From NCBI GenBank assembly GCA_038087875.1, contig JAXLNO010000073.1:186001-250000 (forward strand): 64,000 bases of DNA. The letters run 5' to 3'. Positions 11,900 through 22,622 of the stretch are shown here, in pieces (positions within the stretch are counted from its first letter, which is position 1; each line of letters opens with the position of its first letter). Under the pieces are notes generated by a model. That model was not told the origin of the DNA. It saw nothing but the letters and a program-made list of their open reading frames with translations, and did no database searches. The translations under genes were made by a program, and so were the position numbers. Source of the DNA: Malacoraja senta. Taxonomy: Eukaryota.

Positions 11900-12074
11900 C
11901 TGGAAGAGCAACAAGAGCTAGAATGGGATAAAAGACAAGCTGAATATTCATGATTAACATATAGATCCGAACACTTAAGCTGTACCCAGACGCAAATATA
12001 TCATCAGCCAAATAGAAAACTCCCTTCTCCATCGCGGTAACTTCCCAGTCTACCGTTTTCAGAGACTGATCCAT
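11900..12074 (-). CDS. GPR139-like GPCR, coding exon 1 (MDQSLK...YPILALVALP)
   Basis: ATG at 12074; donor CCAG|GTAAGT at 11900/11899, phase 1; 175+911=1086 nt joins in frame (ALP-V-NALT) giving 361 aa; the exact start codon is inferred. Confidence 0.85.
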
Positions 12075-12914
12075 TTGTGTAACACCGCACTCACTGTTCC
12101 TCGATTGCACTCGGTGACAATCTCTTCACTCTCTAATATCCTCGGATTCCGAAACATCCATCTAACATCACACTTTATTGTTCACAGATTCCCAATGGTT
12201 TTCTCCGTCTGTGGAGCTGTTGCTCTGTGTCGGTGACGGACGGGATGCTCTCCCTAACACTCTCATATCCCATCAACAGGAATGTTTTTATTGGAAGTGG
12301 GGAAACTCCGGGGACACAACCGGGCTCCGTGCGGACTGACGTTAATTACACTCACTGAACAAACATCTACTGTTAACTCGTTTGTGTCCGGGCACAAAGT
12401 GCCTCACGGAAAGGGTCCCAGTCATCATGGGTGATGATAGCCACGATTTATGTTCTGTCAAGTGGACTGTTAGTGCCGGGGAGCAATCTACAGGGCTGAT
12501 AGAATCCGCAACATTCTCCGAAATACCAATAATCGCGAGCAGTCGTCTAAAATCGGATTGTTCAGATGAATCGTTTCCATGGACGAGAGCATGGAAGTGG
12601 AATTTCGGGAACCTTGAATCATTTAATCTAACATCTTGATATGGAGGCAGGCATTAGAAAATTAGACAAACGGACAGGCACCATGAGTTATATTCATATA
12701 CGGGATTTGAGGCCCAGCCAACAATTCTGTAATAAAGACAACCATCAGATCGCTTTTAAAATATTTTCCTCTCACCCTAAACCGATGTACTGTTGAAGAT
12801 CATATTCCGTCCATGGATAAAAAAGTCGATATCTGCTCTCCGTCCGTGGTATCCTGATACATTTCTTTCTGGTGACTTCTGAACGTCCGTGGCTGTAGGG
12901 AAGATGTCACGTAC

Positions 12915-13670
12915 TCCAATCTCAAGAGCCAAGAGTGTTTAATTGTCATACGTACAGAGAATGAAACAATATTTGTTTCTTGTAACAGCATAACACAGCT
13001 GTGAAGACAGCGCACACGGATAACACAAAGAACAAAAGAAAGTTCAATAAGCTAAAATAATCAATATTTGGGCAAATCCAAAGCTGGAAGTCTCAAGCAC
13101 TTACAACACTTTTCGTAGTTCATAGTTTAGTTGGCGTTTGTAGTGGTCAAGAGCCCGGTTGTTATGGAAAGAAACTGTTCCTGAAATTGGGGTGAGCATA
13201 GTTTGCAGACTCCGATATTCTATCTCGGAGTTTGGAGAGAAACAAGACCGTGGCCAGGGTGGTGAATGTTCCAGATGATTGCTGGTTGCCATTTCATGAC
13301 ATTGCCTCTTGCAGATCCATTAGATGGTGGATAGTTCAGATGATGGTCGATGCCACCACGTTTTTTAATCTCCTACATTCCTGGCATTTCGAAGTTCTGA
13401 ACCAGGCCACGTGGCAACCATTCAATATGGTCTCTACCTTAGACCTGTAGAAGAAAAAGAGAACATTCGTCACCACACCTATGTCCTTTCTCGTCTAACA
13501 AAGTAATGTCGGTGGACTTTCTTTATGATTCCATGAATTTGCTGGGTCCACGACAGATCTTCAGAAATATGCACGGCCAGGAACATAAAGTTGTTGACTT
13601 TCTCCACCATCGAACCGTCGATGAAGACAGGTTAATCAATCATTGGCCTTCTTCTTCTAAAATCAGCAAT
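12915..13670 (-). mobile_element. Rex1/Babar-type LINE 3' fragment
   Basis: Minus strand CAGGAACAGTTTCTTTCC (RNSFFP-type end) and VEKVNNFMFLAVHISEDL-like segment; simple-repeat tail near 12920. Confidence 0.65.
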
Positions 13671-13894
13671 ATCGCAGCCATTTGCCCGTGGGAAACAAAT
13701 TGACGAAGGGCGTGTGAGGTGCCTTGGATTGGACCAGGGGCATAGGATGGAGTCCATGTATGTGGAAATAAATCAGTGGGGCACGAACACGCTGAAACAA
13801 TGGGTCTACCAGGACAGTCAGAAGAATAACTTAAGGACTGTGTGGCAAATGCTGTGCCTATTTTCAAGAAGGGCTGCAGGGAATCCGAATTCAA

Positions 13895-14280
13895 CTGTGC
13901 AGAATTCCCCTGTGCCATGATAGTTGACGACATTCTAGTTTATGGCCGCGATGCCACCGAGCACGATGCAAACCTACGTAAAGTACTGAACCGTGCCAGA
14001 GACATTAATTTAAAGCTGAACCCACTTAAATGCAAGTTCAGGGTTCCCGAGGTCACTTACGTAGGTGACGTGTTCACTAGCAACGGGCTAAAACCAGATC
14101 CGCTGAAGACTGCAGCTATCAACGAGCTGCCGGTACCACCTGAGGTCACCAGCCTGCAACGATTTCTAGGCATGGTCAACTACCTGGGAAAGTGTATCCC
14201 CAATCTCAGCGAACTATCAGTCCCCCTGCGATAACTAACCAACAAAGACAACACCTGGCCCTCGTACCCAAACCACCAGC
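13895..14280 (+). pseudogene. Ty3/Gypsy RT fragment
   Basis: IVDDILVYGRD..EHDANLRKVL..LKLNPLKCKF..YVG..GLKPDP.K..LQRFLGMVNYLGK. Confidence 0.9.
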
Positions 14281-14380
14281 GAGGTTATAATTACTAAGCA
14301 TTCTAATTGGCTTACATGCTATAGCCAATGCCACATTGGGCAATTAATCACATGCAATGAATTTGCCTTGGTGAACTTAC

Positions 14381-16610
14381 AGGCATTTGGATGGGCAAGG
14401 GCTAATTAGGGAGAGACAGCATGGTTTTGCACGTGGGAGGTCGTGTCTCACAAATCTGAATGATTTTTTTGAAGAAGTGAGCAAAATGGATGCTGAAGGC
14501 AGAGCTGCGGATGTTGTGTACATTGACTTTCGTAAAGCGTTCGACAAGGTGCCTCATAGTAGGCTGCTCTGTAAGGTTAGATCTTATGGAATCCAATGAG
14601 AGATAGCAGAATGGATGGCAAATTGGCTCCATGGAAGGAAGCAGAGGGTGATGGTGAAAGGTTGCTTCTCAGTATGGAGGCCTGTGACTAGCGGTGTGCC
14701 TCAGGGTTCTGAGCTGGGCCCGTTACTGTTTGTCATCTACATCAATGATTTGGATGAGAACATACAGGGCAAAATTAGCAAGTTTGCTGATGATACAAAT
14801 CTTAGTGGTTTTGAAGATAGTGAAGATGGTTGTGAACGATTGCAACAGGATCTGCATCGATTGGCTAGGTGGGCAGAGGAATGGTTGATGGAAGTGTGAG
14901 GTCATGCATTTTGGGATGTTGAACAAGGGCAGGACCTAAACAATAAATGGAAGGCCTTTTGGCAGTGCTGTAGAGCAGAGTGTTCTAGGAGTACAAGTGC
15001 ATGGTTCCATGAAGGTCGAGTCGCAGGTAGATAAGGTGGACAAAAAGGCTTTTGGCGCTTTGCCCTTCTTCAGTCAGAGTATTGAGTATATATGTTGGGA
15101 GGTCATGTTGCAGTTGTACAAGGCGATGGTGAGACCGCATTTTGAATATTGTGCTATGTTCTGGGCACCATGTTATAACAAATATATTGTCAGGCTTGAA
15201 AGGGTTCAGAAAAGATTTCCGAGGATGTTGCCAAGACTAGAGGGAATGAGCTCTCGGGAGAGGTTGGGTAGACTGGGTCTCTTTTCCATGGAGCGTAGGA
15301 GGATGAGGGGAGATCTTATAGAAGTATACAAAATCATGAGACATAGAAACATAGAAACGTAGAAAATAGGTGCAGGAGTAGGCCATTCGGCCCTTCGAGC
15401 CTGCACCGCCATTCAATATGATCATGGCTGATCATCCAACTCAGTATCCAGTACCTGCCTTCTCTCCATACCCCCTGATCCCTTTAGCCACAAGGGCCAC
15501 ATCTAACTCCCTCTTAAATATAGCCAATGAACTGGCCTCAACTAATTTCTGTGGCAGATAATTCCACAGATTCACCACTCTCTGTGTGAAAAATGTTTAT
15601 CTTATCTCGGTCCTAGAAGAATTCCCCTTTATCCTTAAACTATGACCTCTTGTTCTGGACTACCCCAACTTCGGGAACAATTTTCTTGAATCTAGCCTGT
15701 CCAACCCCTTAAGAATGTTGTAAGTTTCTATAAGATCCCCACTCAATCTTCTAAGTTCCAGCGAGTACAAGCCGAGTCTATCCAGTCTTTCTTCATGTGA
15801 AAGTCCTGCCATCCCAGGAATCAGTCTGGTGAACCTTATCTGTACTCCCTCTATGGCAAGAATGTATTTCCTCAGATTAGGAGACCCAAACTGTACGCAA
15901 TACTACAGGTGTGGTCTCACCAACGCCCTGTACAACTGCAGTAGAACCTCCCTGCTCATATACTCAAACCCTTTTGCTATGAATGCTAACATACCATTCG
16001 CTTTCTTCGCTGCCTGCTCCACCTGCATGCCTACTTTCAATGACTGCTGTACCATAACACACAGGTTTCGTTGCATCTCCCCTTTTCCTAATCGGCCGCC
16101 ATTCAGATAATAGTCTACTTTCCTGTTGTTGCCACCAAAGTGGATAACTTCAAATTTAGCCACATTATACTGCATCTGCCATGCATTTACCCACTCACTC
16201 AGCCTATCCAAGTCACCTTGCAGCCTCCTAGCATCCTCCTCACAGCTAACCCTGCCCCCCAGCTTCGTGTCATCCGCAAACATGATCGGGTAGATGCAGA
16301 GACATTTACCCAGAGTAGGGGCATCGAGGACCATGGGAAATAGGTTCAAGGTGAAGGGGGAAATACTTAATAGGAATCTGAGGCGTAACATTTTCACACA
16401 GAGAGTGTTGGGTGTATAGAACACGCTGCCAGAGGAGGTAGTTGAAGCTGGGACTATAATTTAAGAAACAGTTGGACAGGTTTGGAGGGTTATGCACCAA
16501 GTGCAGGGAAATGTGGCGAGGATAGCTGGGACATTGTTGGCCGTTGTGGGCGTGTTGGGCGGAAGGGCCTGTTTCCACATGGTATTTATCAATGATTCTA
16601 TGATTCTAAT
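14381..16610 (+). mobile_element. CR1 LINE ORF2 3' part, interrupted by an opposite-strand CR1
   Basis: QHGFARGRSCLTNL, DFRKAFDKVPH, GVPQGSELGP, FADDT; breaks at 15340 and resumes ~16283. Confidence 0.9.
15341..16281 (-). mobile_element. 5'-truncated CR1 nested in the previous CR1
   Basis: FADDTKLGG..LQGDLDRL..; (TTTCTATG)n tail at ~15341-15365. Confidence 0.9.
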
Positions 16611-17261
16611 TGGAAGTACACTAACGAAAGTGCAACCAATGCAGTGTGAAGTGGAAAATGTTACTTGAACCAGATGGAATTGCTATGTTTAGTTGGCTCT
16701 CACAAGGGTGACGCAAATGCAATTTGTTACGTTTCGTGTGTCTTCCGGAGCAGCCATTAGAATAATACGTGGAGATGAACATTGTATCGTTTGTTTCAAA
16801 TATTGCCCAACTCACTGCCGACCACGACCAACAACCCGACCACATGCGAAGGGAATTTTAAGGTGGCGGGTGGTCATGGGTTAGTAATTAACCTGAAGGC
16901 CGAAAAATAAACCAATGTCCAACATTACCGTTACTTTCTGGGCTGGAAAATTTAAAATGCCCACATTTTCCGTGAATTGAACGGGGCGAAGGCCGGACAC
17001 TGTGGGAAGGGACCAAATCCAAGGAGGGTAAATTCCTGCTTTAATCGGCAGAAGTTAGGTCCATTGGGAGAAGGTTTTTTTCTTGCATCTCGACGTCTGA
17101 CATGTCTGGCAGGAGCTGATTAAAGGCCAATTTATGAAAGTTCAGGATCGACATGTCCCTGTAAGGAGGAGGGATAAGGATGACAAATGGCCTTTAAAGA
17201 CCAAGGAGATTGTCTGTAGGGTCAAAGCATAAAGGGAAGAGCATGACAAGTTTAAGAAGAT

Positions 17262-17580
17262 GGGCGGCACGGTGGCGCAGCGGTAGCGTGTCAGCCTTAC
17301 AGCGCTTACAGAGTCACAGACCCGGATTCGATCACGACTCCGCATGCTGTCTGTACGGAGTTTTCACGTTCTCCCGCGGCCATGTGGTTTTCTCCGAGAT
17401 CTTCGGTTTTTCCCCCACATTCCGAGGACGAAAATGTTAGTAGGCTAATTGGCTTGGTCTAAATGCAAATGTTGTCCCTAGTGTGTGTGTGTAGGATAGT
17501 GTTAGTGTGCGGGGATCGATGGTCGCTGTGGACTAGGTGGGCCGAAGGGCCTGTTTCCAAGATGTATCTATAAACTAATT
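17262..17580 (+). mobile_element. tRNA-derived SINE (HE1/V-SINE-like)
   Basis: A-box GGTGGCGCAGCGGTAG, B-box-like GGATTCGATC, CR1-derived 3' end. Confidence 0.85.
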
Positions 17581-19195
17581 TAAGGATGAAAGCAAACAAG
17601 GCCTTTAAGGAATATAATGCAACGTGGGGAAAAAAAGGCTTAAATTAGCAGGACCTAAAGGGACCCCTGTTTTGACGAGTAAGATTGAAGAAAGGTCCAA
17701 GGATTTGTATACCTACTTTGAAAAAAAGAAAGAAAAGCAGGGAAAAGTAGGTGCACTCCAGGGTAAAAGCATAGAAAATAGGTGCAGGAAGAGACCATTC
17801 GGCCCTTCGAGCCAGTACCGCCATTCATTGTGATCATGGCTGATCGTCCCCTATCAATAACCCGTGCCTGCCTTCTCCCCATATCGCTTGACTCCACTAG
17901 CCCCTGGAGCTCTATCTAACTCTCTCTTAAATCCATCCAGTGATTTGGCCTCCACTGCCCTCTGTGGCAGGGAATTCGATAAATTCACAACTCTTTGGGT
18001 GAAAAAGGGTTTTTTCACCGCAGTCTTAAATGACCTCCCCTTTATTCTAAGACTGTGGCCTCTGGTTCTGGACTCTCCCAACATTGGGAACATTTTTCCT
18101 GCATCTAGCTTGTCCAGTCCTTTTATAATTTTATATGTTTCTATAAGATCCCCCCTCATCCTTCTAAACTCCAGTGAATACAAGCCTAGTATTTTCAATC
18201 TTTCCCCATATGACAGTCCCGCCATCCCAGGGATCAATCTCGTGAACCTACGCTGCACTGCCTCAATCACAAGGATGTCCTTCCTCAAATTAGGAGACCA
18301 AAACTGTACATAATACTCCAGTTGTGGTCGCACCAGAGCCCTATACAACTGCAGAAGAACCTCTTTACTCCTATACTGAAATCCTCTTGTTATGAAGGCC
18401 AATATTCCATTAGCTTTCTTTCTGCTCTAATTTATGTCACCAGTCTCCCGTGCGGGACCTTATCAAAGGCTTTCTGAAAGTCTAGATACACTACATCCAC
18501 CGGCACCCCTTCATCCATTTTACTTGTCACATCCTCAAAAAATTCCCGAAGATTAGTCAAGCATGATTTCCCTTTCATAAATCCATGTTGACTTGGACTA
18601 ATCCTTTTACTGCTATCCAAATGCCCCATTATTACCTCTTTAATAATTCACTCCAGCATCTTTCCCACCACCGAAGTCAGGCTAACTGGTCTGTAATTCG
18701 CCGTTTTTTCTCTCGCTCCTTTCTTGGAAAGTGGGATAACATTAGCTATCCTCCAATCCACAGGAACTGGTCCTGAATCTATAGAACATTGGAAAATGAT
18801 CACCAATGCGTCCACTATTTCTAGAGCCACCTCCCTGAGGACCCTGGGATGCAGACCATTTGGCCCAGGGGATTTATCATCCTTCAGTCCCATTAGCGTA
18901 CCCGATACTATTTCTCGCCTAATGAAAATTTATTTCAGTTCCTCAACCCCCTCAGATCCTCTGTCCTCGAGTACATCTGGGAGATTGTTTGTGTCATCCT
19001 TAGTGAAGACAGATCCGAAGTACCTATTCAACTCTTCTGCCATTTCCTTGTTGCCCATAATAATTTCACTCAAGGGATGCACATTTGACTTTGCTACTCT
19101 TTTTCCCTTAACATATCTAAAGAAGCTTTTACTGTCCTTCTTTATATTCCTGGCCTTCATACTTCATCTTTTCAGCCCGTATTGCCCGTCCAAGT

Positions 19196-19648
19196 CTAGA
19201 CTGGATAGACTTGGCTTATACTCGCTAGAATTTAGGAGATTGAGAGGGGATCTTATAGAAACGTACAAGATTCTTATGGGGTTGGACAGGCTAGATGCAG
19301 GAAGATTGTTCCCGATGTTGGGGAAGTCCAGGACAAGGGGTCACAGCTTAAGGATAAGGGGAAAATCCTTTAAGACCGAGATGAGGAAAAACTTTTTCAC
19401 ACAGAGAGTGGTGAATCTCTGGAACTCTCTGCCACAGAGGGTAGTTGAGGCCAGTTCATTGGCTATATTTAAGAGGGAATTAGATGTGGCCCTTGTGGCT
19501 AAAGGGATCAGGGGGTATGGAGAGAAGGCAGGTACGGGATACTGAGTTGGATGATCAGCCATGATCGTATTGAATGGCGGTGCAGGCTCGAAGGGCCGAA
19601 TGGCCTACTCCTGCACCTAATTTCTATGTATCTATGTATCTATGTATC
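19196..19648 (+). mobile_element. Young 5'-truncated CR1 nested in the minus-strand CR1
   Basis: RLDRLGLYSLEFRRLRGDLIETYK..GYGEKAGTGY; (TATGTATC)n tail. Confidence 0.9.
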
Positions 19649-20364
19649 TTTCCTTCTGTTGTCCTATGAAATATTCCAATCCTCTGGCTTCCGTCTACTC
19701 TTTGCTGTGTAATACATATTTTATTTTGGTTTTATTCTCTTGTCAGCCACGGTTGCCTCCTACTCCCCTTAGAATCTTTCTTCCTTTTTGGAATGAAATT
19801 ATCCTGCCTCTCCGGATTATTCCCAGAAATTCTCTGCCATTGCTGATCCCCAGTCATTCCTGGTAGGATTCATTTCCAGTCTACATTGGCCAGCTCCCCT
19901 CTCATGCCTTCATAGTCCCCTTTGTTCAACTGCCTTTACAATTCCTCAACTCAATCCATGGTGATTATACCTCGTCAATCCCTATGTCTTTCCTCACAAG
20001 CGACTGAATTCCATCCCTCACCAGCACAGCTACCCCCTCCTCTGCTCACCTGCCTGTCCTTTCTATAGGATGGATAACCCTGAATATTAAGTTCCCAGGC
20101 CCGATCCTCCTGCAGCCACGTCTCAGTAATCCCCACAATGTCATATCTACCAACCTGTAACTGAGCCTCAAGCTCATCTACTTTACTTCTTCTACTTCCC
20201 GCATTCATATACAATACTTTTAATTCCTTACGTATCTCACCTTTCACATCGATCCCGATTACACTTGGCCATACTCTCCTATCCCTTTGAGAGCTAGCTT
20301 TCCCGTTAATTCTGGGGGTCATTAACCATCCCTTTACACTCTTTCCCTTTAACTCCATCCTCGA

Positions 20365-20880
20365 CTATCCCATTTGACACCCACCCCCCTTATTTAGTTT
20401 AAAACCACCAGTGTAGCAGTGACAAACCTGCCTGCCAGAATGCTGGTCCCCCCACCTGTTAAGATGCAATCCGTCCCTTTTGTACAGTTCCCCCTTACTC
20501 CAAAACATATCCCAGTGGTCTAAGAATTCAAATCCCTGCCCCGTGCACCAGTTCCTCAGCCACACATTCAAGTCCCGTATCTCCCTGTTCCTGCTCTCGC
20601 CTGCACGAGGAGCTGGAAGCAAACCGGAGATAACAACCCTGGAGATCGTGCTTTTCTGCATTTTTCCGAGCTCTCTAAAGTCACGCTGCAGAATATTCAT
20701 CCCCTTCTTTCCGACATTGTTTGTGCCGACATGCACTACCACTTCCGGCTGTTCACCTTCGCCCTTGAGGATTTTTCTGCACTCTGTCTGTGAAATCCTG
20801 GATCCTGGCACCAGGAAGGCAGCACACCATCCTCGAATCCCGTCTGTTGCCGCAGAAACCCATGTCCGTACCTCTCACAA
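20365..20880 (-). pseudogene. CR1 ORF1 SGNH-esterase domain
   Basis: VCCLPGARI, VVVHVGTNNV, VVISGLLP, LYKRDGLHLN. Confidence 0.85.
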
Positions 20881-21945
20881 TGGAGATATAGGCGAGGTAC
20901 GAAACAAATACTTTGCATTTGTGTTGACTAATGAGAAGGACTTGGTGGACAGTGAGATGTATGTGGAGAATACTAAACTGCAAAGGGAGAACCAAAATGC
21001 TGGAATAACTCAGCGGGTGAGGCAGCATCTATGGAGAGAAGGAATGGGCGACGTTTCGGTTCGAGACCCTTCTTCAGACTGTCTCCCTTCGACTTTAACC
21101 AGAATCCACAGTTCGTTCTTTCTAATCTGCCAACGCAGTTTGATTTTAAGAAGAAGGAGGTTTGGGGACTCGTGAAGTGTATAAAATCCGCTGGCATCTA
21201 TTTCGGGTTATTGAGTGACGAAGGAAAGGAGATTGCACGAACATTGAGGGAGATCATTCTCGAACCACTGGCGAGGTCCTAGATGAATGGGAACTAGCTA
21301 ATGTTGTTCTACTGTTTCCGTAAGGGTGCAGGGATAATTTAGCGAATGATAAGCTGGTGAGCATCATGTCACCAGCTATTGTAGAGGATAATGTAGAAAC
21401 GGATTTACTCACATTTGGATGAAAATGATTTAATTAGGGTCGGTCAGCGTGGCTTTGAACGCGGCACGTCGTCTTTTACTAATTTGATCGAAGTGTTTTT
21501 AGGAGATAACACATGTAATCGATTGGGATGGGATGTTGAATGTCTGCGTCGATTTTTCTAAGGCATTTGATCAAGTCCCCCATGATAGGGGAATCCGAGA
21601 TTAGGATGCACGGGATCTACAGTGTTTTAGTCGTATGGATTTAAAACTGGTTTATTGATTTATTTTAAAGCAGAGGTTGGCGGTGGGAGACGATATTCAG
21701 GCGGGAGATCTAAGACCAGTGGAGTTACAGCTAGATCGATGCTGGGATCTCTGTTGATATGACTTAGACATAAATGTAAATTACTAAATAGTTGTGGTCG
21801 CGGACTGTGTGGATGTCTTCAAAGTATGCAGCAGAATATAAACCAGAAACAGAAATCAATGGAGAAATGGCGGATGGAGTTCATCTGGGCCAATATGAGG
21901 TGATGCAATTTGGGTGGTCGCATGTTAGGATAACATCAACAGTTA
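20880..21945 (+). mobile_element. Old CR1 ORF2 fragment containing a Penelope-tail insertion (~20985-21082, minus)
   Basis: Degenerate ANVVLLF, DFSKAFDQVPH, CEVMHFG-like segments; hammerhead motif at 21050-21077. Confidence 0.7.
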
Positions 21946-21955
21946 GAGTCACAGC

Positions 21956-22441
21956 TGAAGCGGCAGATTTTTATATCGTTTAAGAGATTACACCGTCTAG
22001 CCGCTAAATGGACTGCATGATTAAGGAGAATATCGTTATACGCATGCGAGTTTCCCGTCAGACACCTTCAGAGCTTCTTCACAAATACATCTTCATAACA
22101 CAGTCTTTTGATTAATAGATTCTTTATTGTTGATGAAAAACAATAAGGTACATCCAAACTTCTACCGACCCATACACTATAATCTTCATCAAACTCCAGC
22201 TTATCGCTTTAATGGTTAAAAAACTCCCTGTGTCTCCGTTACGCTTCGCATGGTCAAAGGGTATGCCTTTCCCATGCTGGTCCAAAACTAAACTAAAAAC
22301 TAAGCTTCTGCGCAAGAAACTTAGCTCCAAACACGTCCTAAAATACGTCATAAATCCCACCCACAATATAACGGGCAGTCTAAAATTTAAAAACTCATGC
22401 CATCATCAATGATACACTAAACAAGCCAAATGGCCACAACA
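21956..22441 (-). repeat. BEL 3' LTR (486 bp), copy 1
   Basis: TGTTGTGG...GCTTCA; internal AATAAA; homologous to 25341-25826 and 34674-35848. Confidence 0.85.
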
Positions 22442-22547
22442 TACTGGCCCCTAATTATTCCGAGTATATAACGAGACAATTATTAATAAAAGTAGCCATG
22501 AAGGCTTAACATATATCAAAAGCAAAAAGTGAGGGAATTGAACCTCG

Positions 22548-22622
22548 TGGCTCCTCGTCGGTAAATTGAACCCCGGTTATCCGCGTGACAGGCGGGGATA
22601 CTGACCACTATACTAACTAGGA
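22548..22622 (-). tRNA. tRNA-Asp(GTC)-derived copy with encoded 3' CCA; probably a pseudogene
   Basis: TCCTAGTTAGTATAGTGGTCAGTATCCCCGCCTGTCACGCGGATAACCGGGGTTCAATTTACCGACGAGGAG-CCA closely matches vertebrate tRNA-Asp; mismatches in acceptor, anticodon and T stems. Confidence 0.85.

Larger units (their letters stand above)
17769..20880 (-). mobile_element. CR1 LINE with ORF1 esterase, APE endonuclease and RT remnants (internally deleted)
   Basis: LKVLYMNAGS..YDIVGITETWL (APE), KSPGPNGLHPRVL, NYRPVSLTSVVGK, QHGFMKGKSCLTNL, 3' tail ~17770. Confidence 0.9.

Noticed and set aside
18724..19545. 273-aa ORF
   Set aside because: Chimera of antisense CR1 sequence and a nested plus-strand CR1.
22551..22622. 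Functional host tRNA-Asp gene
   Set aside because: Mismatches in the acceptor, anticodon and T stems, encoded CCA, and location inside a retrotransposon; treated as a derived copy.
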